Assembly: GCA_023251535.1 (NCBI GenBank)
Contig: JAHEYP010000001.1
Location: forward strand, 288,868-352,867
Direction of reading: 5' to 3'
DNA length: 64,000 nucleotides
DNA from: Bacteroidota bacterium
Lineage (GTDB): Bacteria > Bacteroidota > Bacteroidia > AKYH767-A > OLB10
The position numbers and the translations under genes are program-made. Below, in pieces: positions 37,798 through 48,269 of this stretch. The notes under the pieces are model-generated. The model did not search any database and was not told where the DNA came from. It saw only the letters and a list, made by a program, of their open reading frames with translations. Positions within the stretch are counted from its first letter, which is position 1. Each line of letters begins with the position of its first letter.

Positions 37798-40700
37798 TTA
37801 AGCGTGACCTTCTTCTTTGTTACGAACCTTTGTTTGATAGAACACTGAAGGTTGTACATTGATTTCTGCCAATAAGTGGTAACTGCGAGGATCTGCAAGT
37901 AATTTGTTTACCTCACTGTTTTTGTCGTTGTAATCTCCGAATACGATTGCATTCGTAGGACAAGACTGTGCACAAGCTGTTTTTATTTCTCCGTCTCCTG
38001 GGCGGCGACCTGCTTTCTTCGCTTCCAACTTACCATACTGGATACGTTGAACGCACATTGAGCATTTTTCCATTACCCCACGTGAACGAACTACTACATC
38101 TGGGTTAAGTACCATTTTACCTAACTGATCCTGCATGTTATAAGGGAACTGTTCGTTATCACTGTATTTAAACCAGTTGAAACGACGTACTTTATAAGGA
38201 CAGTTGTTAGCGCAATAACGAGTACCCACACAACGGTTATAAGCCATCATGTTTAATCCTTCAGAGCTATGTGTTGTTGCTGCAACCGGACAAACCGTTT
38301 CACACGGAGCGTGGTTACAATGTTGACACATTACTGGTTGGAAGAATACTTCCGGATTATCAGCAGCAGGTTTTTCCATCTCTCCATACATCGAGAGTTT
38401 TCCAAGACCTTTTTCTTTTGCGTTTTCTTTTGTTGTATCAGAAGTATAGTAACGATCGATACGGATCCAATGCATTTCACGTGCACGGCCGATTTCATCT
38501 TTACCAACTACAGGAACGTTGTTTTCTGCATTACATGCAACCACACAAGCTCCGCAACCGATACAAGCGTTTAAGTCGATTCCTAATCCCCAGTTATGAT
38601 TTGGTTTTTCATGCTCAGGGTTAGCAGTAGTAGCCCATAAGTCTAATTTCTCAGGAGTTTTAGGTCCGTAAGGAGACTCAATTAACACATCAGGATTTCC
38701 TGCTTTAGCATCTTTTAACCAAGATGATAAAGTAGTTTCCTTCACAATCTCACGACCCATCATAGTGTGGTGAGTTTGTGTTGCTGCTAACGTGATATCT
38801 TCATCTACTGTTTTTGCTACTGTTGCACCTGCAGCTACATAGCTGAAAGCACCATTTGATACAGAAGCGAAAGGATATGCATTAAACCCTACTCCGTTTC
38901 CTGCTTTTCCTACGTTTGTTCTTCCGTAACCAACAGCTACCGCAATTGTGTTATCAGCCATTGCAGGTTGTAATAATACCGGTCCTTTGATCGATACATT
39001 TCCTACCTTAACTTCGATAACATTTCCTTGAGTAACTTTTAATTTATCTGCGTATGAAGGAAGGATAGCAAAATAGTTATCCCAACATACTTTAGAGATA
39101 GGATCAGGTAACTCTTGTAACCAAGGATTATTCGCTTGATTTCCGTTTCCTAAACCTGTTTTTTGGTAAAGAATTACATCTGTACCTGCACTTGGCTTCA
39201 TTAATTTAGAAGCTGCATCAGATACATTTCCAACGAATGCTGCTGCACTTGTTCCTGCAACTGCTGCTTCAAAAACTCCGTCTTGTAATGATTTTGTCCA
39301 GAATGCATCGAAAGATGTCATTCCGCTTTGCATCGGATAAATTGCCGCTGCCCAGAAATCACGTAAATAAGTATAGTAATCAGCTTGCGCTGCTCCAGCC
39401 CACTTCATTAAGCTCTCAGCTCCCTGACGAGTACTGAACAATGGACGGATTGTTGGTTGTGATAATGTAAAGTATCCTTTGTAAGGTTCAACATCTCCCC
39501 ATGATTCTAACCAGTGGTGATCAGGGCAAACATAATCGCAATTTGAAGCTGTCTCATCTTCGCGATCTGCCAATGAAATTTTACAAGATACTTTTGCTAA
39601 TGCTGCAGAGAATGCTTTAGCATCAGGCATTGAATAAACCGGATTAGTATTCCAGAAAATTACAGCACCCACTTGACCTGCATTCATCTCGCCAAGTAAT
39701 TCAACAACTGCTGCATCATTACTTGATTGCAAATTACTAGTTACATCAAGGTTGATAGTAGAACCATAATTACCAAGCATGCTGTTGATAGCATTCACCA
39801 ACACTTGCTCGTTAGGATCGTTAGATCCGCTGATCACTACACTCTTTCCTTTAGCAGCCCAAAGTTCAGCAGCAATTTTACCTGCTGCAGCATCAATTGG
39901 AGAAGCTCCTGACGAAACAGAAGAACCACCTGCTAAAGCAGCTACTTTATTATAAACAGCAGCAACAGAAGCTGACTGCTCACTAGGTTTTACTTTATAA
40001 CGTGCATCTGCATTTGATCCTGCTAATGATAAAGCAGATTCAACTTGGATGTGACGTGACATTGATTTTTTGCCATCACGTAATTTTCTTCCTACGCCAT
40101 ATTGACGAGAGAATTCGATTGGTGATAACCAAGAAGAAAGGAAGTCAGCTCCAAAGCTTAAGATCACCTCTGCATTATCGAAACGATAAGAAGGAACTAC
40201 GGCTTTGCCAAACGACATTTCATTTCCTTTTACGATACCGTAAGAAGAAACTGCATCGTAAGTTACCAACTTAGCTGTTGGATATTTAGCGATGAAATCA
40301 GCAACGATTTTCTTAGCGGAAGGACTTGCAATTGATGAAGAAACGATTGCAATTTTCTTTCCTGATGCAGAAGCATCTGCTAATTTCTTAGTGATTTCAG
40401 CATCGATTGCTGTCCACTCAGCCTTTTTCTTTCCAGCTAAAGGACCTGCTAAACGAGCGCTATCATATAAACTTAAAACGGAAGCTTGAACACGAGCATT
40501 CGTACCACCTTTAGTGATTGACGAAAGTTCGTTTCCTTCAATTTTAATAGGGCGACCTTCGCGTGTTTTAACTAAAACACTGCAGTAGTCTGTTCCGTCA
40601 TAATATGTAGAAGCATAATAATTAGGAATACCTAATGTTACTTCTTCCGGTTTTACTACGTAAGGGATTGCCTTTTTTACAGGAGCTTCGCAAGCTGCTA

Positions 40701-40890
40701 ATGAAGCTGCAGCAACGCTGAATCCTAAAAATTTAAGGAAGTCCCTGCGGGTAGTTGACGAATCTGATGCAGCCTTTCTATTCAGGACTTCATCAACGGG
40801 TAAGTGCTCAAAAAACTCATTGTCGCGCAGGCGAACAAACTCAGGAGTGTTATTGAGTTCTTCTACACCTTTCCAATATCGTTTTTCCAT
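37798..40890 (-). CDS. actB: Alternative complex III subunit B (TAT-variant molybdopterin oxidoreductase-like + Fe-S)
   Basis: 'YWKGVEEL..RRDFLKFLG...AAC'; Fe-S motifs CIGCGAC, CQHCNHAPCETVCP, CVGTRYCANNCP, CSMC..CAQSCP. Confidence 0.95.
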   Translation of the reverse strand: MEKRYWKGVEELNNTPEFVRLRDNEFFEHLPVDEVLNRKAASDSSTTRRDFLKFLGFSVAAASLAACEAPVKKAIPYVVKPEEVTLGIPNYYASTYYDGTDYCSVLVKTREGRPIKIEGNELSSITKGGTNARVQASVLSLYDSARLAGPLAGKKKAEWTAIDAEITKKLADASASGKKIAIVSSSIASPSAKKIVADFIAKYPTAKLVTYDAVSSYGIVKGNEMSFGKAVVPSYRFDNAEVILSFGADFLSSWLSPIEFSRQYGVGRKLRDGKKSMSRHIQVESALSLAGSNADARYKVKPSEQSASVAAVYNKVAALAGGSSVSSGASPIDAAAGKIAAELWAAKGKSVVISGSNDPNEQVLVNAINSMLGNYGSTINLDVTSNLQSSNDAAVVELLGEMNAGQVGAVIFWNTNPVYSMPDAKAFSAALAKVSCKISLADREDETASNCDYVCPDHHWLESWGDVEPYKGYFTLSQPTIRPLFSTRQGAESLMKWAGAAQADYYTYLRDFWAAAIYPMQSGMTSFDAFWTKSLQDGVFEAAVAGTSAAAFVGNVSDAASKLMKPSAGTDVILYQKTGLGNGNQANNPWLQELPDPISKVCWDNYFAILPSYADKLKVTQGNVIEVKVGNVSIKGPVLLQPAMADNTIAVAVGYGRTNVGKAGNGVGFNAYPFASVSNGAFSYVAAGATVAKTVDEDITLAATQTHHTMMGREIVKETTLSSWLKDAKAGNPDVLIESPYGPKTPEKLDLWATTANPEHEKPNHNWGLGIDLNACIGCGACVVACNAENNVPVVGKDEIGRAREMHWIRIDRYYTSDTTKENAKEKGLGKLSMYGEMEKPAADNPEVFFQPVMCQHCNHAPCETVCPVAATTHSSEGLNMMAYNRCVGTRYCANNCPYKVRRFNWFKYSDNEQFPYNMQDQLGKMVLNPDVVVRSRGVMEKCSMCVQRIQYGKLEAKKAGRRPGDGEIKTACAQSCPTNAIVFGDYNDKNSEVNKLLADPRSYHLLAEINVQPSVFYQTKVRNKEEGHA

Positions 40891-40940
40891 ATCAGTGATG
40901 GGAGGATTATCTGTGGTAAAGTATTCTTAATTATAAATTA

Positions 40941-42173
40941 TTAGTAGTGACAACGCGCACATTCAAGTCCGCCGATTTTCTCTACTGTAAGTTTGGCATC
41001 AGGACCATACTGTTTTTTCAATTTCTCATGAAGTTCAGTATAATATCCATTACCTTCCATTTTTACTTCAGTTTCACGGTGACAGTTGATACACCATCCC
41101 ATTGTTAATGGAGATGCTTGTTTCATTACTTCCATCTTCTCAACTTCTCCATGGCAAGTTTGACAAGCAACTTGTCCAACTTTCACGTGTTGAGCGTGAT
41201 TAAAGTATGCCAAATCAGGAAGGTTGTGAATTCTAACCCACTGGATAGCTTCTGTTTTACCTGTGTATTGTTGTTTGTCTTTATCCCAACCTACAGCCTT
41301 GTAAATCTTAGCGATTTCTTCAGTACCATATTTAGGTCCTTGTTGAACATACTTATGGCAGTTCATACAAAGTGATGGCGAAGGGATACTTGCATTCTTC
41401 GACTTTTCAGCACCTGAATGGCAATAACGACAATCAATTTTATTTTGTCCTACGTGCAAAGCATGCGAGAACTTAATCGGTTGATCAGGCTCGTAACCTT
41501 GAGAAACTCCGATTTCTTTTAAAGCATACCAGCCTTTCACGCTACCGAAAACTAAACCTAAGATTAGGATCACGGCAACAAGTTTCTTGTGCTCTCGAAT
41601 CCAAGCCTTTCCTCTGTAAACAGCAGGCTCAGGTAATCCTTCACGTTGACGGATAACTTTTTCGAGGCTCTTCTTTGCTCTGTTCAAGACAAAGTATAAA
41701 GCCACCAATAAAGCTGTCACCAACAAAAGAACGATTGGGCTATTGTCGTCTTCCTCAGCTGTTGCACCGGCAGTACCAGCAGCAGCACCAGGAGCAGCGG
41801 CAGCAGGAGCCTTTTCGCTTTCCGTTTTGATGTAAGCAATTAGTGCTTTAATCTCATCGTCTTTGAGATTAAATGCAGGCATGGCAATTTTGTTGTTCTC
41901 TTCGAACAACTTAACTGCATCAGCATCACCTGATTTAATTAGGGCTGATGAATTTTTAATCCATTTCAGCAACCATTCTTCACTTCTTCTTTGATGCACA
42001 TTTTTCAATCCCGGCCCTACAACTTTATTTTCACCCACCACGTGGCATGAAGTACAGTTGGCTTTGAAGATAGACTCTCCGTTGGCCTGCGCTTTCGCTT
42101 GGAATTGAGAAATTACGCTCAGGAAGACTGCTAACAGCGTGATTGTCAAATACCTGGATACGTAACGAGACAT
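40941..42173 (-). CDS. actA: Alternative complex III subunit A (monoheme + pentaheme cytochrome c)
   Basis: Six CxxCH motifs: CTSCH, then CRYCH, CMNCH, CQTCH, CINCH, CARCH; 'QPIKFSHALH', 'LTMGWC'. Confidence 0.95.
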   Translation of the reverse strand: MSRYVSRYLTITLLAVFLSVISQFQAKAQANGESIFKANCTSCHVVGENKVVGPGLKNVHQRRSEEWLLKWIKNSSALIKSGDADAVKLFEENNKIAMPAFNLKDDEIKALIAYIKTESEKAPAAAAPGAAAGTAGATAEEDDNSPIVLLLVTALLVALYFVLNRAKKSLEKVIRQREGLPEPAVYRGKAWIREHKKLVAVILILGLVFGSVKGWYALKEIGVSQGYEPDQPIKFSHALHVGQNKIDCRYCHSGAEKSKNASIPSPSLCMNCHKYVQQGPKYGTEEIAKIYKAVGWDKDKQQYTGKTEAIQWVRIHNLPDLAYFNHAQHVKVGQVACQTCHGEVEKMEVMKQASPLTMGWCINCHRETEVKMEGNGYYTELHEKLKKQYGPDAKLTVEKIGGLECARCHY

Positions 42174-42251
42174 ATGTAGTCGATTAAATTGTTTAAGATT
42201 AGGAGGCTTTTTTTACCAAATGTTGACAATAAAGCCCATTTTTCCAGCCGC

Positions 42252-42259
42252 CAAATTTA
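42252..42259 (-). promoter_or_regulatory. Bacteroidota -7 promoter box for the act-cox operon
   Basis: TAAATTTG on the minus strand, ~80 nt upstream of actA. Confidence 0.6.
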
Positions 42260-42400
42260 TAACAAAAGTCAATTCATAGGAGAAAAAAAATCACAATAAA
42301 TTGAAAATTTAAATTCAATCTAAGTTGTTTATAAAGATTCTAAAAAAGGAGGTCAAAAGTTAAACAGCCATAAAGTCAGGTTTATTTGTACTTTTGACCC

Positions 42401-42814
42401 ATGAAGAACACCTCTGCCGTATTAATTACTTGCCTGATTATTAGCCTCTTTTCTTCAAAATCATGGGCTCAAACATCTAATTCGGATACCAAATCCGACA
42501 GTTTAGCGCGTGAATTAGTGGAACGTCATAAAAAGGCAAATGCCACCAAAATGAGCATGACGGGGTTCAGAATTCAGATCTATTTTGGGTCAGAAAGAGC
42601 AAAAGCGACCGAAATTCGCGCCGATTTCACCAAAAACTTTCCTGAAATCGCTTCATATTTGATCTACCAACAGCCATATTTCAAAATTCGCGTTGGAGAT
42701 TTCAAAACCAGAATCGAAGCTTCGGGGTTCCTAAAAAAGCTCGAAGATCATTACACGACCGCTTTTATTGTTCCGGATGAGGTTAAATTGCCAAGCTCTG
42801 AACAAGATCATTAA
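42401..42814 (+). CDS. SPOR domain-containing protein
   Basis: Signal peptide; 'GFRIQIY', 'YQQPYFKIRVGDFKTRIEA', 'AFIVPD'. TACTTTTG box at 42389-42396. Confidence 0.88.
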   Translation: MKNTSAVLITCLIISLFSSKSWAQTSNSDTKSDSLARELVERHKKANATKMSMTGFRIQIYFGSERAKATEIRADFTKNFPEIASYLIYQQPYFKIRVGDFKTRIEASGFLKKLEDHYTTAFIVPDEVKLPSSEQDH

Positions 42815-42818
42815 TTCA

Positions 42819-43325
42819 TTATTCTTTCCGCACAATCTTATGTGGCCTGCGTTTGCGGCTGCTTCTTTGCTGATAGTTGTCGGACAGAATACTGATATTC
42901 CCATCAGCTTCCAACACAGCCAAATCGACTTTTCGGATGCTATTGACTCCGTGCTCACGCATGGCAGCTAAAAGTTCTTCTTCGGTTAAACGGACTTTTT
43001 CAAGGTGATTCTTTAAAATCACTCCATCGTGCACCAACATAATAGGCTCTCCTTGCAGAAACTTGCTGATCGACTTACTTTTATAGGTAATACGCTTAAT
43101 TATAAAATTGAGGAGGAACAATCCTCCGGCAGCTGTTAGGCCGCCTGCCAAAGACGTATCAGGACCTACCATGGCATTTTGCACCGAGTTACTGATCAAT
43201 AAAATAAAAACAAGGTCGGTAACCGACAACTGAGCTAATTCTGTTTTGCCAAATAACCGAATGGCTAGTATGATAAATAGGTAAACACTGATCGTTCTTA
43301 AAACGATTTCAAAATAGCTTTCCAT
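42819..43325 (-). CDS. DUF421 / YetF family membrane protein
   Basis: 'RLFGKTELAQLSVTDLV', 'GEPIMLVHDG', 'LAVLEADGNIS'. Confidence 0.9.
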   Translation of the reverse strand: MESYFEIVLRTISVYLFIILAIRLFGKTELAQLSVTDLVFILLISNSVQNAMVGPDTSLAGGLTAAGGLFLLNFIIKRITYKSKSISKFLQGEPIMLVHDGVILKNHLEKVRLTEEELLAAMREHGVNSIRKVDLAVLEADGNISILSDNYQQRSSRKRRPHKIVRKE

Positions 43326-43370
43326 TTTCGATGAATATTTACCTCAAAGAAAACAGAATTAAATGAAGAT

Positions 43371-43658
43371 TTACTTTCGCTTCGATATTTTGTTTGATGT
43401 AATAGTACGCTGACGGCTACATTTAAACCGCGTAACATCATCTGTTCGTTTCATGGCATGTTTAGTGGCCCTGCCTCCTACTCTTCGCCTCCATCGCTTA
43501 AAAGCAGGTTCACTAATGTTTCTGCGCATTAGTTTTATTACTCCCGACTCGTCTATTCCAAATTGACTTTTTATAGCGTCGAATGGAGTCCGATCTTCCC
43601 ATGCCATTTCAATAACACGGTTTATGTTTTCGTCTGAGAGTTCCGTTTGCAATTTCAT
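43371..43658 (-). CDS. TIGR03643 / DUF2805 family protein
   Basis: 'RVIEMAWEDRTPFDAI..QFG..E..VIKLMR...FKRWRRRV.GR.TKH'. Confidence 0.9.
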   Translation of the reverse strand: MKLQTELSDENINRVIEMAWEDRTPFDAIKSQFGIDESGVIKLMRRNISEPAFKRWRRRVGGRATKHAMKRTDDVTRFKCSRQRTITSNKISKRK

Positions 43659-44375
43659 TTATATAGCTTGATGATTAAAAGGCTGTATGACCATTTCTGA
43701 AACAACGGCATTTGTAGGCTGCTGACACAAAAACCATATTGCTTTGCCTGCTTCTTCTGAAATAATCATTTTGTCGCGTTGTACTCTTAAATCGATTGTA
43801 TCCCAAAAAGGAGAATCTACGCCACCTAAAAACAATTGTGTAATTCTGATTTCAGTTCGCTTAAGTTCTTCACGAAGTGATTTCATCATTCCGTTGAGAC
43901 CGTATTTAGAAGCAGAATATGCTGCGGCTCCCGCCATTGGAGTTTTTCCCAATACTCCAGGGATATTTATAATTAATCCTTTTTTCTGTTCTTTCATCGA
44001 AGGAAGTACTGCTTGTAAAAGCATAAACGGCCCTAATAAATTCACTTGCATTGTTCTTCTCATATCCTCCACCGTTAGTTGTTCGAAGTTTTTAATAATC
44101 CCAACACCTACTGCATTTATTAGAATATCGATTTTCGATTCTTTGGATAGGATAGTTTCAACAACCGATGAAATACTTGATTCGTTTTCGAAATCAAGCA
44201 TAAAACTTCTTCCTTCTACTAAACCCAATTCAGCTGTTAAACCGTTTAACTTTTCTACTGAACGGGAAGTGATATAGACCTTTGCTCCAGATCTATGCAA
44301 CTGTTTAGCGGCAGCGGCTCCAATTCCACCCGTAGCACCAACAATAAAAACAACTTTATCTGTTAACTTTTCCAT
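43659..44375 (-). CDS. Short-chain dehydrogenase/reductase
   Basis: 'VGATGGIG', 'DILINAVG', catalytic 'YSASK'. ATG 44375 preferred. Confidence 0.9.
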   Translation of the reverse strand: MEKLTDKVVFIVGATGGIGAAAAKQLHRSGAKVYITSRSVEKLNGLTAELGLVEGRSFMLDFENESSISSVVETILSKESKIDILINAVGVGIIKNFEQLTVEDMRRTMQVNLLGPFMLLQAVLPSMKEQKKGLIINIPGVLGKTPMAGAAAYSASKYGLNGMMKSLREELKRTEIRITQLFLGGVDSPFWDTIDLRVQRDKMIISEEAGKAIWFLCQQPTNAVVSEMVIQPFNHQAI

Positions 44376-44426
44376 AATTTGATTTTGAGGATAAACAATA
44401 TTGTGATCCATTTGTTTTAACAAACT

Positions 44427-45899
44427 ATGTCCTCTGTTAGCCTAATATTTCCTCATCAGCTATTTAAAGACCATCCTTCTCTGCACAAGAGCAGAGCGAT
44501 TTTTATTATAGAAGATCCTCTTTTTTTTAGGCAATTTGCATTCCACAAACAAAAGCTAGTTTTTCATAGAGCAACAATGAAGCAATATGCCGAGGATTTA
44601 GCACACCAAGGTTTTGAAGTGACATACATAGATAGCCAGGAACCTTTGTCAGCAACCGAAAAACTTTTCGATCATTTAAAGAGATCCAGAATACAATCTA
44701 TCTATTTATGTGATCCTGTCGATTACCTTCTTGATCGTAGAATAAGGCGATATGCAACTAGAAACAAAATTCAGCTACACATTGAAGAAAGTCCGAATTT
44801 CTTAAGTTCGAACAAATCCAACATAGCGTTTTTTTCGGAACGCAAGCGTTACTTCATGAATGATTATTATATCCATCAACGCAAAGAATTGCAGATATTA
44901 ATCAGCGATAACAAACCTGAAGGAGGCAAATGGACTTATGACACTGAAAACAGAAATAAAATTCCGAAAGGCACTGCTATTCCCGAATATAGAATCCCTA
45001 ACGTTAATAGATATACGAAAGAAGCTATTGATTATGTTGAAAAGAACTTCTCCAGAAATCCCGGTAATTCATTTCCGTTTTATTATCCAATTTCTCATGA
45101 TAGCGCACTTCAGCAACTCGACAATTTCTTAAGAGAGCGTTTTAACAAATACGGAACCTATCAAGATGCTATTGTCCCCTCAGAGACTTTTCTGTTTCAT
45201 AGTATCATTTCACCATTGTTGAATATTGGATTACTAGATCCAACTGCAATTGTTGATCGAACTATTGAATTTGCCAATAAGAATAACATACCATTAAACT
45301 CATTAGAAGGATTTATCCGACAAATTATAGGTTGGCGTGAGTTCATACGAGCAGTTTACAACGACAAAGGAACTTTTCAACGAAAAAATAATTTCTTAAA
45401 TCATCATAGAAAACTTCCTGCTTCTTTTTACAATGGAACTACCGGAATTACACCTGTTGATGACGCTATAAAAAAAGCACTTGCCACAGGTTATGTACAT
45501 CACATAGAACGACTCATGGTACTTGGCAATTTTATGCTTCTCTGCGAGGTAGATCCTAATGATATTTACCAATGGTTTATGGAAATGTTTATCGACTCTT
45601 ACGATTGGGTAATGGTTCCGAACGTTTACGGAATGAGTCAATATGCCGACGGAGGATTGATGAGCACGAAGCCTTACATTTCGGGTTCGAATTACATTTT
45701 AAAAATGAGTAATTACAAGAAAGATGATTGGTGTGAAATTTGGGATGCCCTTTATTGGAATTTCATTATTAAGCATCGAGAGTTGTTTTCAAAAAATCCA
45801 AGAATGAGTATGATGGTAATGCAAGTAAACAAAATGAGTGAAGAAAAAATTCACAACATTAAAAGCACATCGGAAAAATTTCTTTTAAAGCTAAAATAA
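44427..45899 (+). CDS. Cryptochrome/photolyase family protein (PhrB-like bacterial (6-4) photolyase clade), Fe-S-less variant
   Basis: 'FPHQLF', 'HKQKL', 'GGKWTYDTENR', 'YQDA', 'HSIISPLLNIGLL', 'EGFIRQIIGWREF', 'HHIERLM', 'DSYDWVMVPNV', 'KPYISGSNYI.KMS'. Confidence 0.9.
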   Translation: MSSVSLIFPHQLFKDHPSLHKSRAIFIIEDPLFFRQFAFHKQKLVFHRATMKQYAEDLAHQGFEVTYIDSQEPLSATEKLFDHLKRSRIQSIYLCDPVDYLLDRRIRRYATRNKIQLHIEESPNFLSSNKSNIAFFSERKRYFMNDYYIHQRKELQILISDNKPEGGKWTYDTENRNKIPKGTAIPEYRIPNVNRYTKEAIDYVEKNFSRNPGNSFPFYYPISHDSALQQLDNFLRERFNKYGTYQDAIVPSETFLFHSIISPLLNIGLLDPTAIVDRTIEFANKNNIPLNSLEGFIRQIIGWREFIRAVYNDKGTFQRKNNFLNHHRKLPASFYNGTTGITPVDDAIKKALATGYVHHIERLMVLGNFMLLCEVDPNDIYQWFMEMFIDSYDWVMVPNVYGMSQYADGGLMSTKPYISGSNYILKMSNYKKDDWCEIWDALYWNFIIKHRELFSKNPRMSMMVMQVNKMSEEKIHNIKSTSEKFLLKLK

Positions 45900-45934
45900 A
45901 AAAGGGAGTCGCAGTTAAACCACGACTCCCTTTT
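45898..45934. terminator. Bidirectional terminator between photolyase and S46 peptidase
   Basis: AAAAGGGAGTCG-CAGTTAAACCA-CGACTCCCTTTT. Confidence 0.88.
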
Positions 45935-45950
45935 CAAATTGGAATATCAA

Positions 45951-48125
45951 TTATTCAATAATCTTCATTTCTTTTAAGAGATTTCCTGCACCACCAAATT
46001 TATCAACGATAAATAAAGTATAGCGGATATCAACGCAAATAGTTCTTTGCAATTCAGGTTCGAATGCGAAGTCACTAGCAATTGCTTCCCAGTTACCATC
46101 GAATGCTGTTCCGATTAATTCACCTTTTGCATTTAACACAGGCGAACCTGAGTTACCACCTGTAATATCGTTATCAGTTAAGAAGCAAGCATGTAAATCG
46201 CCATCTTTATCAGCATAGCGACCAAAGTCTTTTGCTTTCATCATATCGATTAACTTTTTAGGAGCATCGAATTCGATATCACCCGGTGTATATTTCTCAA
46301 GGATACCTTTAGCAGTAGTAAATTCACGGAAGTGTTCTGCATCTTTTCCATCATAAGGAAGGATACGTCCGTAAGTTAAACGCATAGTACCATTTGCATC
46401 AGGAGAATACAATTTATTAGGATCCATTTCAAGCATACCTGATTGGAACAAACGATTTGCGCGACCTAACTTGAAGTTGATATCAGTATAGATTGGTTTA
46501 AGATCAACAGAAATTTTATTTACATAATTACTTGTAATTACATAAATCATATCCTTTTGCATTGCTTTGTACGAAGGCTTAGCAAGGAATTTAGCCATTT
46601 TCTCTTTCGAAGTTAAGAACGACTTTTCATATAATACAGTCGCCATCTTCGTATAATCTTTCTTGTATTTAGCAGAAAGATCTATTAATTGCTGAGGAAG
46701 ATTTGCATGATCTAAATCTTCAGTAATGTGCATTAACACAGAAGCAAGAACTTTAACTTCGATAGGATCGAAATATTCTTTGTATTGCTCATCAAGATCT
46801 TTTGATAACTCTTCTGCCATTTTCTTAGCATCTTCAGCTTTGGTTTTATCTTTCAATAATGCTTCCATTTTCGAAAGTCCCATAGCGAATACCATTGGCT
46901 GAGAATTGCTTACTCCATCTTGTAAATATGTGCTATACAAACCGTAAGTATTTAATTGGCTGTAAGACTTGTTATATAAGTCAAACACTTCACCATACTT
47001 CGCTGATTTATTATTGTCTTTAATCCATTGTGCAAAGCGATCTTCTTCTGCTTTACGGCGCTCGTAGATATGAAGTTTAGTCAATGAAGTAGACTCACCC
47101 ATATACTTTTTCCAGTAGTTACTTAAGCCTGCAAATTTATCGGCATACATCAATTTAATTTTCGGATCAGCATGCATGAATTCTTCGTAGATATCGAGGA
47201 TATCGCGACGAACTTTCACACGCATTGGGCGTTCCTTAGAAACATAATATTTAATTCCTTCGCTGTATGTATAACGTTGCGTTCTTCCAGGATAACCCAT
47301 GATCATAGCAAAGTCTTCTGGCTTTTTACCTTGAAGATTGATAGGGAAATAGTGACCTGGTTTATACGGCTTATTGCTTGCATTAAATTCAGCAGGTTTA
47401 TTTTCACCATTTGCATAAATACGGAACATACTAAAATCGCAAGTGTGACGAGGCCACATCCAGTTATCAGTTTCTCCTCCGAATTTTCCGATATTTTCAG
47501 GAGGTGTTCCTACTAAACGGATATCGCGGTAAACCATATAGTACATTGCTAAATAACGATTCCCTGAAAAGAAAGGAACGATATCTACCACGTAATTGTC
47601 TTTATCAGCACCTAATTCTTCTTTTAACTTTGAAGTCATCTTTGTTAAACGATCTGCAAGTGCTTTTGATCGTACTGCTTCTTCATCAGTAATGTTGATG
47701 CTATCTAAAACACGATCAGTAATATCTTCAACACGCGTTAACAAACCGATGTTAAAGTTTGCTTTACGTTCTTCGCTTTGATTTTTAGCCCAAAATCCGT
47801 TTGCAAGAATATTATCTTCGTTGGTACTTAATTCTTGAATAGAACCATATCCGCAGTGGTGGTTCGTTAAGAATAATCCTTGCTCACTAATGATTTCACC
47901 TGTACAGAACATACGGTTTTGTTTTGTCATCAAACGAACAACGGCATCTTTAGCACATTCTTTGTTGATGCTGTAGATGTCTTCAGCGGTTAGTTTTAAT
48001 CCGCGAGCTTGCATGTTATCCTGTAATTTTTGAATCAGGATTAAAGGCCACATGCCTTCATCGGCGCGCAACTGACCGAAAATGATAAGGAACCCGAGTA
48101 CGAGTCCAAGTATTCTTTTCTTCAT
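45951..48125 (-). CDS. S46 family dipeptidyl peptidase (DPP7-like)
   Basis: 'ADEGMW', 'TNHHC', 'DNWMWPRHT.DF', 'DITGGNSGSPV'; 'FDGNWEA' has Gly at the S1 position, as in DPP7. Confidence 0.93.
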   Translation of the reverse strand: MKKRILGLVLGFLIIFGQLRADEGMWPLILIQKLQDNMQARGLKLTAEDIYSINKECAKDAVVRLMTKQNRMFCTGEIISEQGLFLTNHHCGYGSIQELSTNEDNILANGFWAKNQSEERKANFNIGLLTRVEDITDRVLDSINITDEEAVRSKALADRLTKMTSKLKEELGADKDNYVVDIVPFFSGNRYLAMYYMVYRDIRLVGTPPENIGKFGGETDNWMWPRHTCDFSMFRIYANGENKPAEFNASNKPYKPGHYFPINLQGKKPEDFAMIMGYPGRTQRYTYSEGIKYYVSKERPMRVKVRRDILDIYEEFMHADPKIKLMYADKFAGLSNYWKKYMGESTSLTKLHIYERRKAEEDRFAQWIKDNNKSAKYGEVFDLYNKSYSQLNTYGLYSTYLQDGVSNSQPMVFAMGLSKMEALLKDKTKAEDAKKMAEELSKDLDEQYKEYFDPIEVKVLASVLMHITEDLDHANLPQQLIDLSAKYKKDYTKMATVLYEKSFLTSKEKMAKFLAKPSYKAMQKDMIYVITSNYVNKISVDLKPIYTDINFKLGRANRLFQSGMLEMDPNKLYSPDANGTMRLTYGRILPYDGKDAEHFREFTTAKGILEKYTPGDIEFDAPKKLIDMMKAKDFGRYADKDGDLHACFLTDNDITGGNSGSPVLNAKGELIGTAFDGNWEAIASDFAFEPELQRTICVDIRYTLFIVDKFGGAGNLLKEMKIIE

Positions 48126-48209
48126 GGTATTTTTAAATATGACTGCAAAGTAAATAGAAAACCACGTTTGTTCCTATGCGATTGGTCGAGGAAACTCGGG
48201 TTTTGGTCT

Positions 48210-48248
48210 AAAAAAAAGCCCGAAACCTCATTTTCAGAGATTTCGGGC
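48210..48248 (-). terminator. Intrinsic terminator of the PNGase-like gene
   Basis: Minus strand reads GCCCGAAA..TTTCGGGC-TTTTTTTT. Confidence 0.8.
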
Positions 48249-48269
48249 CAATTATGGTTTGAATCTTAA

